From the NCBI RefSeq assembly GCF_001457595.1, contig NZ_LN831039.1:6030001-6062000 (forward strand): DNA of 32,000 bases, given 5' to 3'. The position numbers and the translations under genes were made by a program. The stretch is from Mycolicibacterium smegmatis. Lineage in GTDB: Bacteria; Actinomycetota; Actinomycetes; Mycobacteriales; Mycobacteriaceae. Numbering within the stretch: position 1 is the stretch's first letter; every line of letters starts with the position of its first letter. The notes under the pieces are model-generated. The model had not been told where the DNA came from, did no database searches, and saw only the letters and a program-made list of their open reading frames with translations. This document shows, piece by piece, positions 18,471-28,070 of this stretch.

Positions 18471-19488
18471 CCCTCCTCAGGGTCTTGTCGATGACGCCGT
18501 AGTCCCGCAGTTCCTCCAGGTGGGCCAGCCGGGTGAACTTCTTCACGAACGCCACGGCAGTCAGCCCGGCCGCGTCGTATTCCTTGTAAAGCTCGGCGGC
18601 GCCGTCCGGAATCGACCACTTCGCCTCGAATCCCAGTTCTTCGCGAACCTTCGAGAAGTCCACGCGGTACGAACGCGGGTCAGCGCCCGTCTCACCTGTG
18701 ATCATCAGCTCGGAACCAGGAACCACGTCGACTACCGCCTGCGCGATCTCGGCCACCGTCAAATTGTTCGACTCGCTGCCGACGTTGTAGGCCGCACAGT
18801 GCACCTTTTTGGCCGGCGCTTCCAGAGCCAGCAGGAACGCGGCTGCTATGTCGCGTGCGTGGACAAGCGGTCGCCAGGGAGTGCCGTCCGACAACACCCG
18901 GACTTCTCCGGTGAGGAACCCGTGCCCGACCAGGTTGTTGAGCACAATGTCCGCGCGCAGGCGCGGCGAGAACCCGAAGGCGGTGGCATTCCGGAGGAAC
19001 ACCGGGGTGAATGAGTCGTCCGCCATCTCCGCGACGTCATCTTCGACTCGCACCTTGCTTTCCGCGTACGGGGTCAGAGGTCGCAACGGGGCGTCTTCAT
19101 TGACCAGATCATCGCCGGCCGACCCGTACACCGAGCAGGTCGACGCGTAGAGGAACCTCCGGACACCGGCGGACTTCGCCAGACGAGCCAACCGTACCGA
19201 GGCAAGGTGGTTTATCTCGTAGGTGATCTGAGGCGCCAGCGCGCCGAGTGGATCGTTGGACAACGCCGCGAGGTGGATGACTGCGTCGAAGCCCGCCAGC
19301 TGTTCCACCGTCACGTCCCTGAGGTCCACCTGTATCGCCGGCGGGTCCGCCGGCTCCGGGCCGAGGACACAATCAGCGAAGAAGCCGGTGTCCAGGCCTG
19401 TGACATCATGTCCGGCGAGTTGCAGGATCGGCACCATGACGGTGCCCAGATACCCCTGATGGCCGGTGACCAATACTCTCATTTCCAT
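18454..19488 (-). CDS. NAD(P)-dependent nucleotide-sugar epimerase/dehydratase (extended SDR)
   Basis: MRVLVTGHQGYLGTVMVPIL, HLAALSNDPLG, YASTCSVYG, TPYAESKVRVE (YxxxK), RPLVHARDIAAAFL. Confidence 0.9.
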   Translation of the reverse strand: MEMRVLVTGHQGYLGTVMVPILQLAGHDVTGLDTGFFADCVLGPEPADPPAIQVDLRDVTVEQLAGFDAVIHLAALSNDPLGALAPQITYEINHLASVRLARLAKSAGVRRFLYASTCSVYGSAGDDLVNEDAPLRPLTPYAESKVRVEDDVAEMADDSFTPVFLRNATAFGFSPRLRADIVLNNLVGHGFLTGEVRVLSDGTPWRPLVHARDIAAAFLLALEAPAKKVHCAAYNVGSESNNLTVAEIAQAVVDVVPGSELMITGETGADPRSYRVDFSKVREELGFEAKWSIPDGAAELYKEYDAAGLTAVAFVKKFTRLAHLEELRDYGVIDKTLRRVRTYA

Positions 19489-19511
19489 TGCTCCCTAATC
19501 GTTGTCGGTCG

Positions 19512-20180
19512 TCAGTACTGCGGTTGCGTGCGGTGCGCTCCGAATCTGACGGTTGCTTTCTCCAAGATGAAACTCTCGGCGTATGTGTGGCGGCACTGGA
19601 CTCCCCGCATCCTCGCCAGCCCGAGGAATGCCTGCTCGTCGAACCAGTCGTGGGCGGCCTGGGACGGGTAGTGCTTGTGTAGCAGCCGCGCCTTCTCCTC
19701 TGCTACGGACGCCTCCAGTGGGTGGAATATCGATGGCCGTGGAGTGTCGGCCTCCCACTTGAGGATCTCGTACCCCAGCACGAGGTGATCACGGAACTCG
19801 GTCGGCAGGAGTTCCGCCAGAAGACGGTGGTCCTGGTGTGCGTCACCACGGTGCGGCCCGAACACCAGTTGCGGATCACATGACAATCGAAACTCACTGA
19901 CGCACGCCTTGATTCGTTCCCAGTGTGCGGGAGACTTGCCGTCTTCGACATCCAGCACGGTCAGCTGAAGGTCGGAGCCAGGGCAGAAGGCGTCGAGTGC
20001 TCCGGCCTCCTCGGTTTCGCGTTCGGTGCCACCACCTGACAACACAAGAGCAGTGACCCGAAGCCCGGGCACTGTGTTTGCGAGTGTGAGCAGCGTGCCA
20101 CCCATGCCGATCGCGATGTCGTCGCAATGGGCGCCGACAACCGCGATCTCCCGAAGGTCACCGGTGAACAACTCGTTCAT
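19512..20180 (-). CDS. PIG-L family deacetylase
   Basis: Listed ORF to 20225; start MNELFTGDLREIAVVGAHCDDIAIGMGGTLL at 20180 gives an ATGA overlap. Also GPHRGDAHQDHRLLAEL. The HxDD and distal His needed for metal binding are present. Confidence 0.85.
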   Translation of the reverse strand: MNELFTGDLREIAVVGAHCDDIAIGMGGTLLTLANTVPGLRVTALVLSGGGTERETEEAGALDAFCPGSDLQLTVLDVEDGKSPAHWERIKACVSEFRLSCDPQLVFGPHRGDAHQDHRLLAELLPTEFRDHLVLGYEILKWEADTPRPSIFHPLEASVAEEKARLLHKHYPSQAAHDWFDEQAFLGLARMRGVQCRHTYAESFILEKATVRFGAHRTQPQY

Positions 20181-20977
20181 GATGCCTCGGGCACCGCGCG
20201 CACCGACTTTTCCCACAGCATCCACGGGCGGTCACCGTCGTGATACCGGGCCTCGAGTTCAGCGCGTTCCTTGAAGGTGTCAGCAGGCTTCCAGAAACCT
20301 TGGTACCGGTATCCGAACAGCTTGCCCTGTCCGGCAAGCGTCCCGCACACATCTGCCACGAGGTCGCCGCCGGGCGGCAGAAGATCGAAAATCCCCTGGG
20401 ACAGAACGAAAAACCCGCCGTTCTCCCAGATGGTCAATTCAGAGACCGCGATGATCTCCTTGACCTCGCCTGCCTCGGAGACCTCGACGCAGTGGAATGA
20501 CGACTGAGGAGGCACCACCATCATCGATGCGACGGCACCGGATAGGTGGAACTCGGCGATCATGTGGTCCAACGGGGCGTCCGTCAGCACATCGGCATAG
20601 TTGGCCAGGAAGTACTCGTCGCCGTCGAGATAATCACGTACCCGGCGCAGACGTTCACCGATCGGAGATTCGAGACCCGTGTCGACGAACGAGATCGTCC
20701 AGTCGCTGATGTCCGAATGCATCAATTGGACCTGACCACCGCTCATCACGAAATCGTTCGATGCGGCCTCCTGGTAGGTCAGGAAGTAGTTCTTGATGTG
20801 GTCGGCACCGTAACCGAGGCACAGGATGAACTCTTTGTGGCCGAAGTGTGCGTAGTAGCGCATCACGTGCCAGATGAGCGGTCGCGGGCCGACCATCTGC
20901 ATCGGCTTCGGTACGGCATCACCCGGACCGTTGCGCATCCGCATGCCGTATCCACCGCAGAACAGAACGACCTTCAT
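20177..20977 (-). CDS. rfbF: Glucose-1-phosphate cytidylyltransferase-like nucleotidyltransferase
   Basis: Start at 20977: MKVVLFCGGYGMRMR...VPKPMQMVGPRPLIWHVMRYYAHFGHKEFILCLGYGADHIKNYF...GFWKPADTFKERAELE. Confidence 0.85.
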   Translation of the reverse strand: MKVVLFCGGYGMRMRNGPGDAVPKPMQMVGPRPLIWHVMRYYAHFGHKEFILCLGYGADHIKNYFLTYQEAASNDFVMSGGQVQLMHSDISDWTISFVDTGLESPIGERLRRVRDYLDGDEYFLANYADVLTDAPLDHMIAEFHLSGAVASMMVVPPQSSFHCVEVSEAGEVKEIIAVSELTIWENGGFFVLSQGIFDLLPPGGDLVADVCGTLAGQGKLFGYRYQGFWKPADTFKERAELEARYHDGDRPWMLWEKSVRAVPEAS

Positions 20978-22230
20978 GCTGATATTCCTCCCAGTGGCGG
21001 TTTGAACACGGCAGAGCTGTGCAGGGTGGGAAGGGGGAAGATCAACTGTCCACCCCACTCCCATATGTAGGACAGTTGCTCTGTCAGTTCGGTTTCCAAG
21101 TTCCAAGGCAGTGCAAGGACAACGTCGGGACGGTCTTTGGCGATTTGCGCCGGATCGTGGATCGGAATCCGGGTGCCCGGTGTGTATCGACCGTGCTTGT
21201 ACGGATTGCGGTCGACCGTGTACGTGAGCAGGTCAGGGCGGATCCCGCAGTAGTTGAGCAGAGTGTTTCCCTTGCCAGGTGCGCCGTAACCGACCACCAA
21301 TTTGCCTTCGGCGCGACAGTCGAGAAGAAACTGCAGCAGCTGATGACGAACCGCTTCGGCTCGCGGTCTGAGTGCGAGGTAGCCGTCGACCTCGTGTAGT
21401 CCTGCTTCTTCCTCGATGGCCAGGATTTCGGCGACCCGTTGGGTTTGTGGCCCGGCGACGTCTTCGCGCTGCGCCCAGAGGCGAATCGATCCACCGTGTG
21501 TGGGAAGCATCTCGACGTCCACGACCGCCAGGCCGGCGGTCGCGAGTGCGCGCATGGCGGAAAGCACTGTGTAGTACTGGAAGTGTTCGTGGTAGATGGT
21601 GTCGAACTGGCCGAGAGTGACCAGGTTCAAGGCATGGTGGACCTCGATGCTCAGCCAACCGTCGTCTGCGAGCAATCTGCGTAGCGCCCGGGTGAAGCCG
21701 AGCAGATCGGGGATGTGCGCGTAGACGTTGTTGGCGACTACCAGGTCGGCCGGACCGTGATCATCGCGCACCTTGGCTGCGACTTCTTCATCCAGGAAAG
21801 CGGTCAGGGTCGGCACGCCGGCGTCACGCGCAGCGGCACCGACGTTCACCGACGGCTCGATCCCCAGGCACGGAATACCGGCGGCCACCGCGTGCTGGAG
21901 AAGATACCCGTCGTTACTGGCGACTTCGACGACGAAGGACTTTGAACCGAGGCCCAGGCGCGCGGCGGCGTCGTCGACGAACCGCTTGGCGTGCTGGACC
22001 CAGCTGTCGGAGTACGACGAGTAGTACGCGTACTCACTGAAGGTGTCCTCCGGGGTTATCAGAGCCGGAATCTGGAGCAGCAGGCAGTCCTCGCACAGTC
22101 GCAGATGCAACGGATAGGTGGGCTCGGGCAGATCGAGTTCTCCTGCGGCGAGGAACTTCTCGCACGGAGGTGTCGCGCCGAGGTCAAGCACGCTGAGGAG
22201 CCGTTGGGAGCCGCACAGTCGGCAGGTCAT
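20974..22230 (-). CDS. NDP-hexose C-methyltransferase (NovU/TylCIII/TcaB9-like)
   Basis: CRLCG...CEDCLLLQ; EYAYYSSYSDSWVQHAKRF; VVEVASNDGYLLQ; GIEPS; DTIYHEHFQYYTV; GYGAPGKGNTLLNYCGI. Confidence 0.9.
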   Translation of the reverse strand: MTCRLCGSQRLLSVLDLGATPPCEKFLAAGELDLPEPTYPLHLRLCEDCLLLQIPALITPEDTFSEYAYYSSYSDSWVQHAKRFVDDAAARLGLGSKSFVVEVASNDGYLLQHAVAAGIPCLGIEPSVNVGAAARDAGVPTLTAFLDEEVAAKVRDDHGPADLVVANNVYAHIPDLLGFTRALRRLLADDGWLSIEVHHALNLVTLGQFDTIYHEHFQYYTVLSAMRALATAGLAVVDVEMLPTHGGSIRLWAQREDVAGPQTQRVAEILAIEEEAGLHEVDGYLALRPRAEAVRHQLLQFLLDCRAEGKLVVGYGAPGKGNTLLNYCGIRPDLLTYTVDRNPYKHGRYTPGTRIPIHDPAQIAKDRPDVVLALPWNLETELTEQLSYIWEWGGQLIFPLPTLHSSAVFKPPLGGISA

Positions 22231-23279
22231 GAGATCTCCGTTCTTCCGCTTGTGGGAAATTCAGTGCTCGTTGTGACCGGTCCACGCCGGTGGTCCCGTC
22301 CTGGCCCGAGTTCCGATGCGCTACGCACCGAAGTCTTCGTCGCCGCGATGATCGCGTCGCAGCACAACTCCTCTGCTTCTGTCACGGCCGATATCTCCCT
22401 GCTCTTGAGCAACGAGGCGATCTGGACCTGGTGGTCGTCGATGTGCTCGTGACGCTTGGCGCGCCGCGGAACCACCACGGGGTATATCCCCATCTCAAGC
22501 AGGTGCATGATTGTTCCGACGCCGGCATGCGTGACGACGACGTCGGCGGAACGAGCGCAGTCCTCGAACGCCGCGGCGCGCATCTGAGCGACCGCTTTCC
22601 CCGGGAGCCCCTGCCGCTCTGTGGTTCCGAGTTGCCAGACCGTCCTGCTGTCAGCGAGGCCGGAGCGCAATACGGCGTCGACAAGCGCGTCGAACCGATA
22701 GGGGTAGATGGTGCCGAGTGTCACGAACAGGCGAGGATTGTCGACCTGTGGTTTCGGCAGGGTCTCGTAGCTGTCGAACAACGATCGCCGGTATTTCCAG
22801 CGGCGCCCCGCCCAGTGCTGGTATTGGCAGCACGTGTGCACGCGCGGATCGAGGCTGGCCAACTTGCCGGTGAGAGACGGTCCGTTCACCCGCGACACGC
22901 TCTCGAAATAGAACGCGGGTACGTGGTGGGTGCGAGCAGCAGTCAAGGCTGCCAAACCGACCGCTGCCCCCGTCGTCACTGCCGCTGTGAAAGCCTCTTC
23001 TTTCCAGTCGATCTCCCGCATCATCCGGGTCAGCGCGTTGACCGCTCCGCGAAAATCACGAGGCGCGACATAAGGGACGTACATGACCCGTCGATGTTGG
23101 AGCAGCGAATCACTCTGCGGTGACTTGAAGGTGATCCACAGCGAGTCGGGATCCGAGCCGATCAACTGTGACCACTTGACCAACTGCGCCAGATGACCAC
23201 CGGTCGACGCCACCAGCAGTTGACGCCCGGGCACAGGGTCGTCGAGAGACACCGACTGCATATGCTCTACGTGCGTCAT
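22227..23279 (-). CDS. Glycosyltransferase with Alg14-like N-terminal and Alg13-like (GT28) C-terminal halves
   Basis: Start MTHVEHMQ at 23279. N-terminal LLVASTGGHLAQLVKWSQL; C-terminal RLFVTLGTIYPYRFDALVDAVL...VVVTHAGVGTIMHLLEMGIYPVVVPRRAKRHEHIDDHQ. Confidence 0.82.
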   Translation of the reverse strand: MTHVEHMQSVSLDDPVPGRQLLVASTGGHLAQLVKWSQLIGSDPDSLWITFKSPQSDSLLQHRRVMYVPYVAPRDFRGAVNALTRMMREIDWKEEAFTAAVTTGAAVGLAALTAARTHHVPAFYFESVSRVNGPSLTGKLASLDPRVHTCCQYQHWAGRRWKYRRSLFDSYETLPKPQVDNPRLFVTLGTIYPYRFDALVDAVLRSGLADSRTVWQLGTTERQGLPGKAVAQMRAAAFEDCARSADVVVTHAGVGTIMHLLEMGIYPVVVPRRAKRHEHIDDHQVQIASLLKSREISAVTEAEELCCDAIIAATKTSVRSASELGPGRDHRRGPVTTSTEFPTSGRTEIS

Positions 23280-24637
23280 TTCGTGACCACCGATGCGTTC
23301 GCGCCACGTGGTGCCGCAGGTCTCCCGAGCGCTCGGTAGTACCAGCCGGCCGCGCACCACGCGGCCGCGTCGAGACAGTTGCGTCCGTCGATCACCGCTG
23401 CCGATCGGACCGTGGTCTTCAGCTCGGCGGGGTCGATCGAACGAAACTCTTCCCATTCCGTGAGAACCAGGACGACATCCGCGCCGTCACAGGCTTCGAA
23501 GGCTGAAGTAGCGTAGTTCAGCGTCGGGAACAGGGTTCGCGAGTTGTCCATGGCCTGGGGATCGAACACGTTGACACACGCGCCCTGCAGTTGGATCTGC
23601 CCTGCGACATTCAACGCCGGAGAGTCACGCACGTCGTCGGAGTCCGGCTTGAAGGCGGCGCCCAGCACGGCGACCCGTGAACCGATGAAGCCTCCGCCGC
23701 AGATCTCCCGGGCGATCTCGACCACCCGTGTCCGCCGCCGCATGTTGATGCTGTCGACCTCACGCAGGAACGTCAGTGCCTGGTTCGCTCCGAGTTCCCC
23801 CGCGCGCGCCATGAAGGCCCGGATGTCCTTTGGTAGACAACCTCCTCCGAAGCCCAGACCGGCGTTGAGGAATCGCCTCCCGATCCGGCTGTCGTACCCG
23901 ATCGCGTCGGCGAGCACCGTGACATCGGCGTCCACGGCCTCACATACCTCGGCGATGGCGTTGATGAACGAGATCTTCGTGGCGAGAAAGGCGTTGGCTG
24001 AGACCTTCACCAGTTCGGCGGTGGCGAGATCAGTGACGATGAACGGTACGCCGTCGTTGATCAGGTCGGCGTAGATCTCGCGCACGATTCCCTCGGCACG
24101 ACCTGATCCTGGCCTCTCGACACCGAGAACCAGGCGGTCGGGATGCAACGTGCCCTGCACCGCAAAACCTTCACGCAGGAACTCCGGATTCCAGACCAGT
24201 TCGACCGCATCTCCGGCGGGCGCGAGGTCCCGGACGCACCGACCTAGGCGTGTCGCGGTTCCCACGGGAACCGTCGATTTCCCGATGATGAGAGAAGGCT
24301 TGTCCAGCAGCGGTGCGAGGTTGTCGATCACTGCATCAACGAAGCAGAGGTCGGCGCCGTAGTCGCCCTTCTTCTGGGGTGTCGCGACGGCCACGAAAAA
24401 AACATCGGCGAACTCGGCCGCTTCCTGGTACGACGATGAGAAGCGCAGACGGCCGCTGCTCGTGTGACGGCGAAGAACCGCGGAGAGCCCCGGTTCGAAG
24501 AACGGCACCTCGCCCGCTTCCAACTTCGCGAGCTTGGCCGGGTCGATGTCCACGCCGAGAACCTCGTGCCCCAGTTCGGCCATGCATGCCGCGTGTGTGG
24601 CTCCGAGATACCCGGTGCCCAAGACGACCATTTTCAT
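23276..24637 (-). CDS. ugd: UDP-glucose 6-dehydrogenase
   Basis: Start at 24637: [72 protein letters not shown] (catalytic Cys), [17 protein letters not shown]. Confidence 0.95.
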   Translation of the reverse strand: MKMVVLGTGYLGATHAACMAELGHEVLGVDIDPAKLAKLEAGEVPFFEPGLSAVLRRHTSSGRLRFSSSYQEAAEFADVFFVAVATPQKKGDYGADLCFVDAVIDNLAPLLDKPSLIIGKSTVPVGTATRLGRCVRDLAPAGDAVELVWNPEFLREGFAVQGTLHPDRLVLGVERPGSGRAEGIVREIYADLINDGVPFIVTDLATAELVKVSANAFLATKISFINAIAEVCEAVDADVTVLADAIGYDSRIGRRFLNAGLGFGGGCLPKDIRAFMARAGELGANQALTFLREVDSINMRRRTRVVEIAREICGGGFIGSRVAVLGAAFKPDSDDVRDSPALNVAGQIQLQGACVNVFDPQAMDNSRTLFPTLNYATSAFEACDGADVVLVLTEWEEFRSIDPAELKTTVRSAAVIDGRNCLDAAAWCAAGWYYRALGRPAAPRGANASVVTK

Positions 24638-25515
24638 GCTGGTCCTCCCCAACCATCCAACAGCCGCAGGAGATACCCCCCGTATCCCGACTTGTAGAGC
24701 AATTCGCCGCGCTCCCGCAGAGCGTCGTCGTCGATGAGTCCGCGCCGCCATGCGGCTTCCTCCGGCACCCCTACCTTGAGCCCCTGGCGTTGTTCGATCG
24801 TGCGCACGTAGGTGCTCGCGTCCAACAGCGAATCGAACGTGCCGGTGTCCAACCACGCGGTACCTCGCGGAAGCTCCTCGACCGACAGCCGGCCTTGGTC
24901 GAGATAGGCACGATTCACGTCGGTGATCTCGAGTTCACCGCGGTCCGAAGGCTTGAGCCCCGCCGCGATCTCGATCACGTCGTTGTCGTAGAAGTACAGG
25001 CCTGGAACGGCGTACTCGGAGCGCGGTGCCTTCGGCTTCTCTTCCAACGACACCGCGCGACACCGCTCGTCGAACTCCACCACACCGTACGCAGTGGGAT
25101 CTGCCACCCGGTAGGCGAAGATCCCCCCGCCGTCGATGGTGGCGAACCTGCTGAGGCTCGCCCCCAGCTTGGAGCCGTGGAAAATGTTGTCCCCGAGAGC
25201 CAGAGCCACACGGTCCGAACCGATGAAGGAGCTGCCGATCTCGAATGCCTGGGCGATTCCTTCCGGCTTCGGATGGACGGCATAGTCGATGTTGATACCG
25301 AATTGCGAGCCGTCGCCGAGCAACGCGCTGAACGCAGGGGCGTCTACGGGAGCCGTGATCACCAGGACGTCGCGGATGCCGGCAAGGATCAGAGTCGACA
25401 GCGGGTAGTAGACCATCGGTTTGTCGTAGACGGGTAGCAGCTGCTTGCTGACCCCCATGGTGATCGGATACAGACGCGAGCCAAGCCCAGCCGCCAAGAT
25501 GATCCCACGCATCAT
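24634..25515 (-). CDS. rmlA: Glucose-1-phosphate thymidylyltransferase
   Basis: [51 protein letters not shown]...ALGDNIFHG...LEEKP...[10 protein letters not shown]. Confidence 0.96.
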   Translation of the reverse strand: MMRGIILAAGLGSRLYPITMGVSKQLLPVYDKPMVYYPLSTLILAGIRDVLVITAPVDAPAFSALLGDGSQFGINIDYAVHPKPEGIAQAFEIGSSFIGSDRVALALGDNIFHGSKLGASLSRFATIDGGGIFAYRVADPTAYGVVEFDERCRAVSLEEKPKAPRSEYAVPGLYFYDNDVIEIAAGLKPSDRGELEITDVNRAYLDQGRLSVEELPRGTAWLDTGTFDSLLDASTYVRTIEQRQGLKVGVPEEAAWRRGLIDDDALRERGELLYKSGYGGYLLRLLDGWGGPA

Positions 25516-25521
25516 ACGTCC

Positions 25522-27078
25522 TCAGTACGCGCCGTCTTTGCGGAGAACCGCACCGAATGTCTTTGCGACGATCAGGATGTCGCCGATCATTGACCAGTTG
25601 TCCACGTACGACAGGTCGAGCCGCACGGCCTGATCCCACGACAGGTCCGACCGTCCACTGACCTGCCAGAGCCCGGTGACGCCCGGCTTCACCAGCAGCC
25701 TGCGGAGAATTTCGCAGTCGTATTCTTCGACCTCGCGACGCAGCGGCGGACGTGGACCGACAACACTCATCTCGCCTCTGAGCACGTTGATGAACTGCGG
25801 CAGTTCATCGATGCTCAGGCGCCGCAGAACTTTTCCGACGCGAGTCACACGGGGATCGTCGTGGATCTTGAACAGAAGTCCATCTGACTCGTTCAGATCC
25901 TCCAGTTCGTCGAGCATCTGGTCGGCGTTCTCGACCATCGTGCGGAACTTCAGCATCGAGAACAGCTTGCCGTCGACACCGATCCGTTCCGCCGAATAGA
26001 ACACCGGCCCCCTGCTGGTCGCCTTGATCGCTATGGCAGTGATCAGCAGAAGTGGCGAGGTAATCAAGAGCACTGCGAATGCAAAACTCAAGTCGAACAG
26101 ACACTTCTGGAACCGCTTGGCGTTCCGGTACAACGGCTTCTCGATGTGCAGCAACGGGATACCTGCAATGGGCTGCATGACCAAGCGCGAAAGAGCGACG
26201 TCCATGGCACCTGTCGACACCACCAGCTCCACGCCCAAGGGCTCAAGTTGCCACAGCAGCCTTCGGATGCCGCGAACACCGAAGGCTTCGGTGCCGGCGA
26301 TCGCCACCGTGTCGGCGCCGCAGGTGTGGACGGCGTCCAACATCTCGGCCTCACCGCCGATGATGGGTATCCGTTGGCCACTCACCATCACGAACTCACC
26401 ACGCGCGTCGCCGTAGCGCGGAACGCCCACGCCGACCACGTCATATCCGTCGGCCGGATTTCGCACCAGTTCACTCACCAGTTCCGTGACCGCGCCGATC
26501 TCACCGAACGCCAGGACCGCTGTGCGGTAGCGACCGGCCACACGTTCGCGCGCGACGTGCCGGTGCCAGAGGCGCCGCTCGAGCAACAGACCCAGCGTGC
26601 CCACGGGGAGCGCGACCGCCAGATATCCGCGGGCGATGTCCAGCTTCAGTAGTAGTGAAACCATCGCTATTGCCCCGAACGTCCAGAACGACGCGGCCGT
26701 CACACGGCGGTACTCGTCCACACACGCTGCTGTGATCCGGGGAGACCTGGTACGCAGTGCCGACATTGCAACCAACCACGCGATCGCGAACAGAATCGAG
26801 AAGGCCGGTACATAAAGTTTCGAGTACCCAGGAGGGTTGAGTGTGGGGCCGAACCGGACGAGTTGGGCAAATCCGACGGACAGTGCGATCACCAGCGTGT
26901 CGGTCATGAGCAGATAGGAGGAGTATCTCCTCTGCCATTTCGACCTCTGGAAGACGCTGCTCGGCGGCAGCTTGATCGACATGTTCGTGCCGGCCACAAC
27001 AGAGTTCGGCTTTGGCATGCTGACCAACTGGCGCGTACCGAACCCGCTGTCGAAGTTCGAGATCTGAGCAGTCATCAT
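25522..27078 (-). CDS. Polyprenyl-phosphate sugar-1-phosphate transferase (WbaP/WcaJ/CpsE-type initiating enzyme)
   Basis: N-terminal membrane spans. C-terminal KRFQKCLFDLSFAFAVLLITSPLLLITAIAIKATSRGPVFYSAERIGVDGKLFSMLKFRTM...RVGKVLRRLSIDELPQFINVLRGEMSVVGPRPPLRREVEEY...KPGVTGLWQVSGRSDLSWDQAVRLDLSYVDNWS. Start at 27078 or 27075. Confidence 0.95.
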   Translation of the reverse strand: MMTAQISNFDSGFGTRQLVSMPKPNSVVAGTNMSIKLPPSSVFQRSKWQRRYSSYLLMTDTLVIALSVGFAQLVRFGPTLNPPGYSKLYVPAFSILFAIAWLVAMSALRTRSPRITAACVDEYRRVTAASFWTFGAIAMVSLLLKLDIARGYLAVALPVGTLGLLLERRLWHRHVARERVAGRYRTAVLAFGEIGAVTELVSELVRNPADGYDVVGVGVPRYGDARGEFVMVSGQRIPIIGGEAEMLDAVHTCGADTVAIAGTEAFGVRGIRRLLWQLEPLGVELVVSTGAMDVALSRLVMQPIAGIPLLHIEKPLYRNAKRFQKCLFDLSFAFAVLLITSPLLLITAIAIKATSRGPVFYSAERIGVDGKLFSMLKFRTMVENADQMLDELEDLNESDGLLFKIHDDPRVTRVGKVLRRLSIDELPQFINVLRGEMSVVGPRPPLRREVEEYDCEILRRLLVKPGVTGLWQVSGRSDLSWDQAVRLDLSYVDNWSMIGDILIVAKTFGAVLRKDGAY

Positions 27079-28034
27079 GCACCCGCCGCTATCACGTCTG
27101 TGGTTGCGTAGCCGGGTTCGAGGGTCGTGCACAACCAGTCGACGGTGTGACGAATGCCGCGGGCAAGGCCGACACGCGGCTTCCATCCGAGCGTGTACTC
27201 GGTGTTGACATCGATTTTTTTCTCGGACAATTCTCTGTTTTCCTCCCCGGTAGCACCCGTCGATGCCGCGTCGTCGAGAACCGTGGCGATCGCATGGTGG
27301 ATGTCGGTGGCAGTGATCTGTGTGCTGCCGCTGATGTCATAGGTTCCGACCGTGTCGATCGGTGCATGTGCGGCCCGCACGAATGCGTCGACGACATCGC
27401 CGACGTAAACGAAGTCATGTGCGTCTGCATGGTCCCGGTTGACGACGTACGGTCGGCCCGTGACCATCGCACTGGCGAGGATCGTGATGAGTGCGGCGAC
27501 ACCGTGTGGCCGCTGGCGCGGCCCGTAGACGTTGGACAGGGCCAGACAGATCGGTGCGAAACCGTACATTTCGGTGTATGCACGCAAGTACAGTTCGCCC
27601 GAGAGTTTCGCCGCCGCGTGAGATGACACCGGGTCATCCCCGTATCGGGAGTCTCCCGACGTGGCGTAGACGATCCTGCGCACCCCGGCCTCTCTGCACG
27701 CTTCCAGGACATTTATGGTGCCGAGCACGTTGTTGCGCGCGTCGAGCAGGGGATCCGGCGCAACCGCGTCGTGCTCCGTGCGTGCCGCCAGGTGATAGAC
27801 AACATGGGGGCACGCACCTGCGACGATGTCCGTCAGTTCGGGTGCCTGGATGTCAGCTTTCACGAGAGTGAATCTGCGACCGCTTGAATTACCCTGCTCC
27901 AACGCCCATTCCAGGTTGGAGGGATCTCCGGTCCAGAAGTTGTCGACACCGATCACCTGGTGTCCGTCCGCCAGCAGCCGGTCGACAAGGTTCGACCCGA
28001 TGAATCCGGCTGCACCGGTCACCAGGGCCCTCAT
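27075..28034 (-). CDS. GalE-like extended SDR with a non-canonical HxxxK catalytic motif
   Basis: MRALVTGAAGFIGSNLVDRLLADGHQVIGVDNFWTG, HLAARTEHDAVAPDP, YATSGDSRYGDDPVSSHAAAKLSGE, LSNVYGPRQRPHG, HDFVYVGDVVDAFV. Confidence 0.9.
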   Translation of the reverse strand: MRALVTGAAGFIGSNLVDRLLADGHQVIGVDNFWTGDPSNLEWALEQGNSSGRRFTLVKADIQAPELTDIVAGACPHVVYHLAARTEHDAVAPDPLLDARNNVLGTINVLEACREAGVRRIVYATSGDSRYGDDPVSSHAAAKLSGELYLRAYTEMYGFAPICLALSNVYGPRQRPHGVAALITILASAMVTGRPYVVNRDHADAHDFVYVGDVVDAFVRAAHAPIDTVGTYDISGSTQITATDIHHAIATVLDDAASTGATGEENRELSEKKIDVNTEYTLGWKPRVGLARGIRHTVDWLCTTLEPGYATTDVIAAGA

Positions 28035-28070
28035 CGGGCTGCGTCTTCCTGCATTCTCATGCTCATGAAC

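Noticed and set aside
24313-25437. 374-aa plus-strand ORF over ugd/rmlA
   Set aside because: Antisense of two unambiguous genes; no domain motifs.
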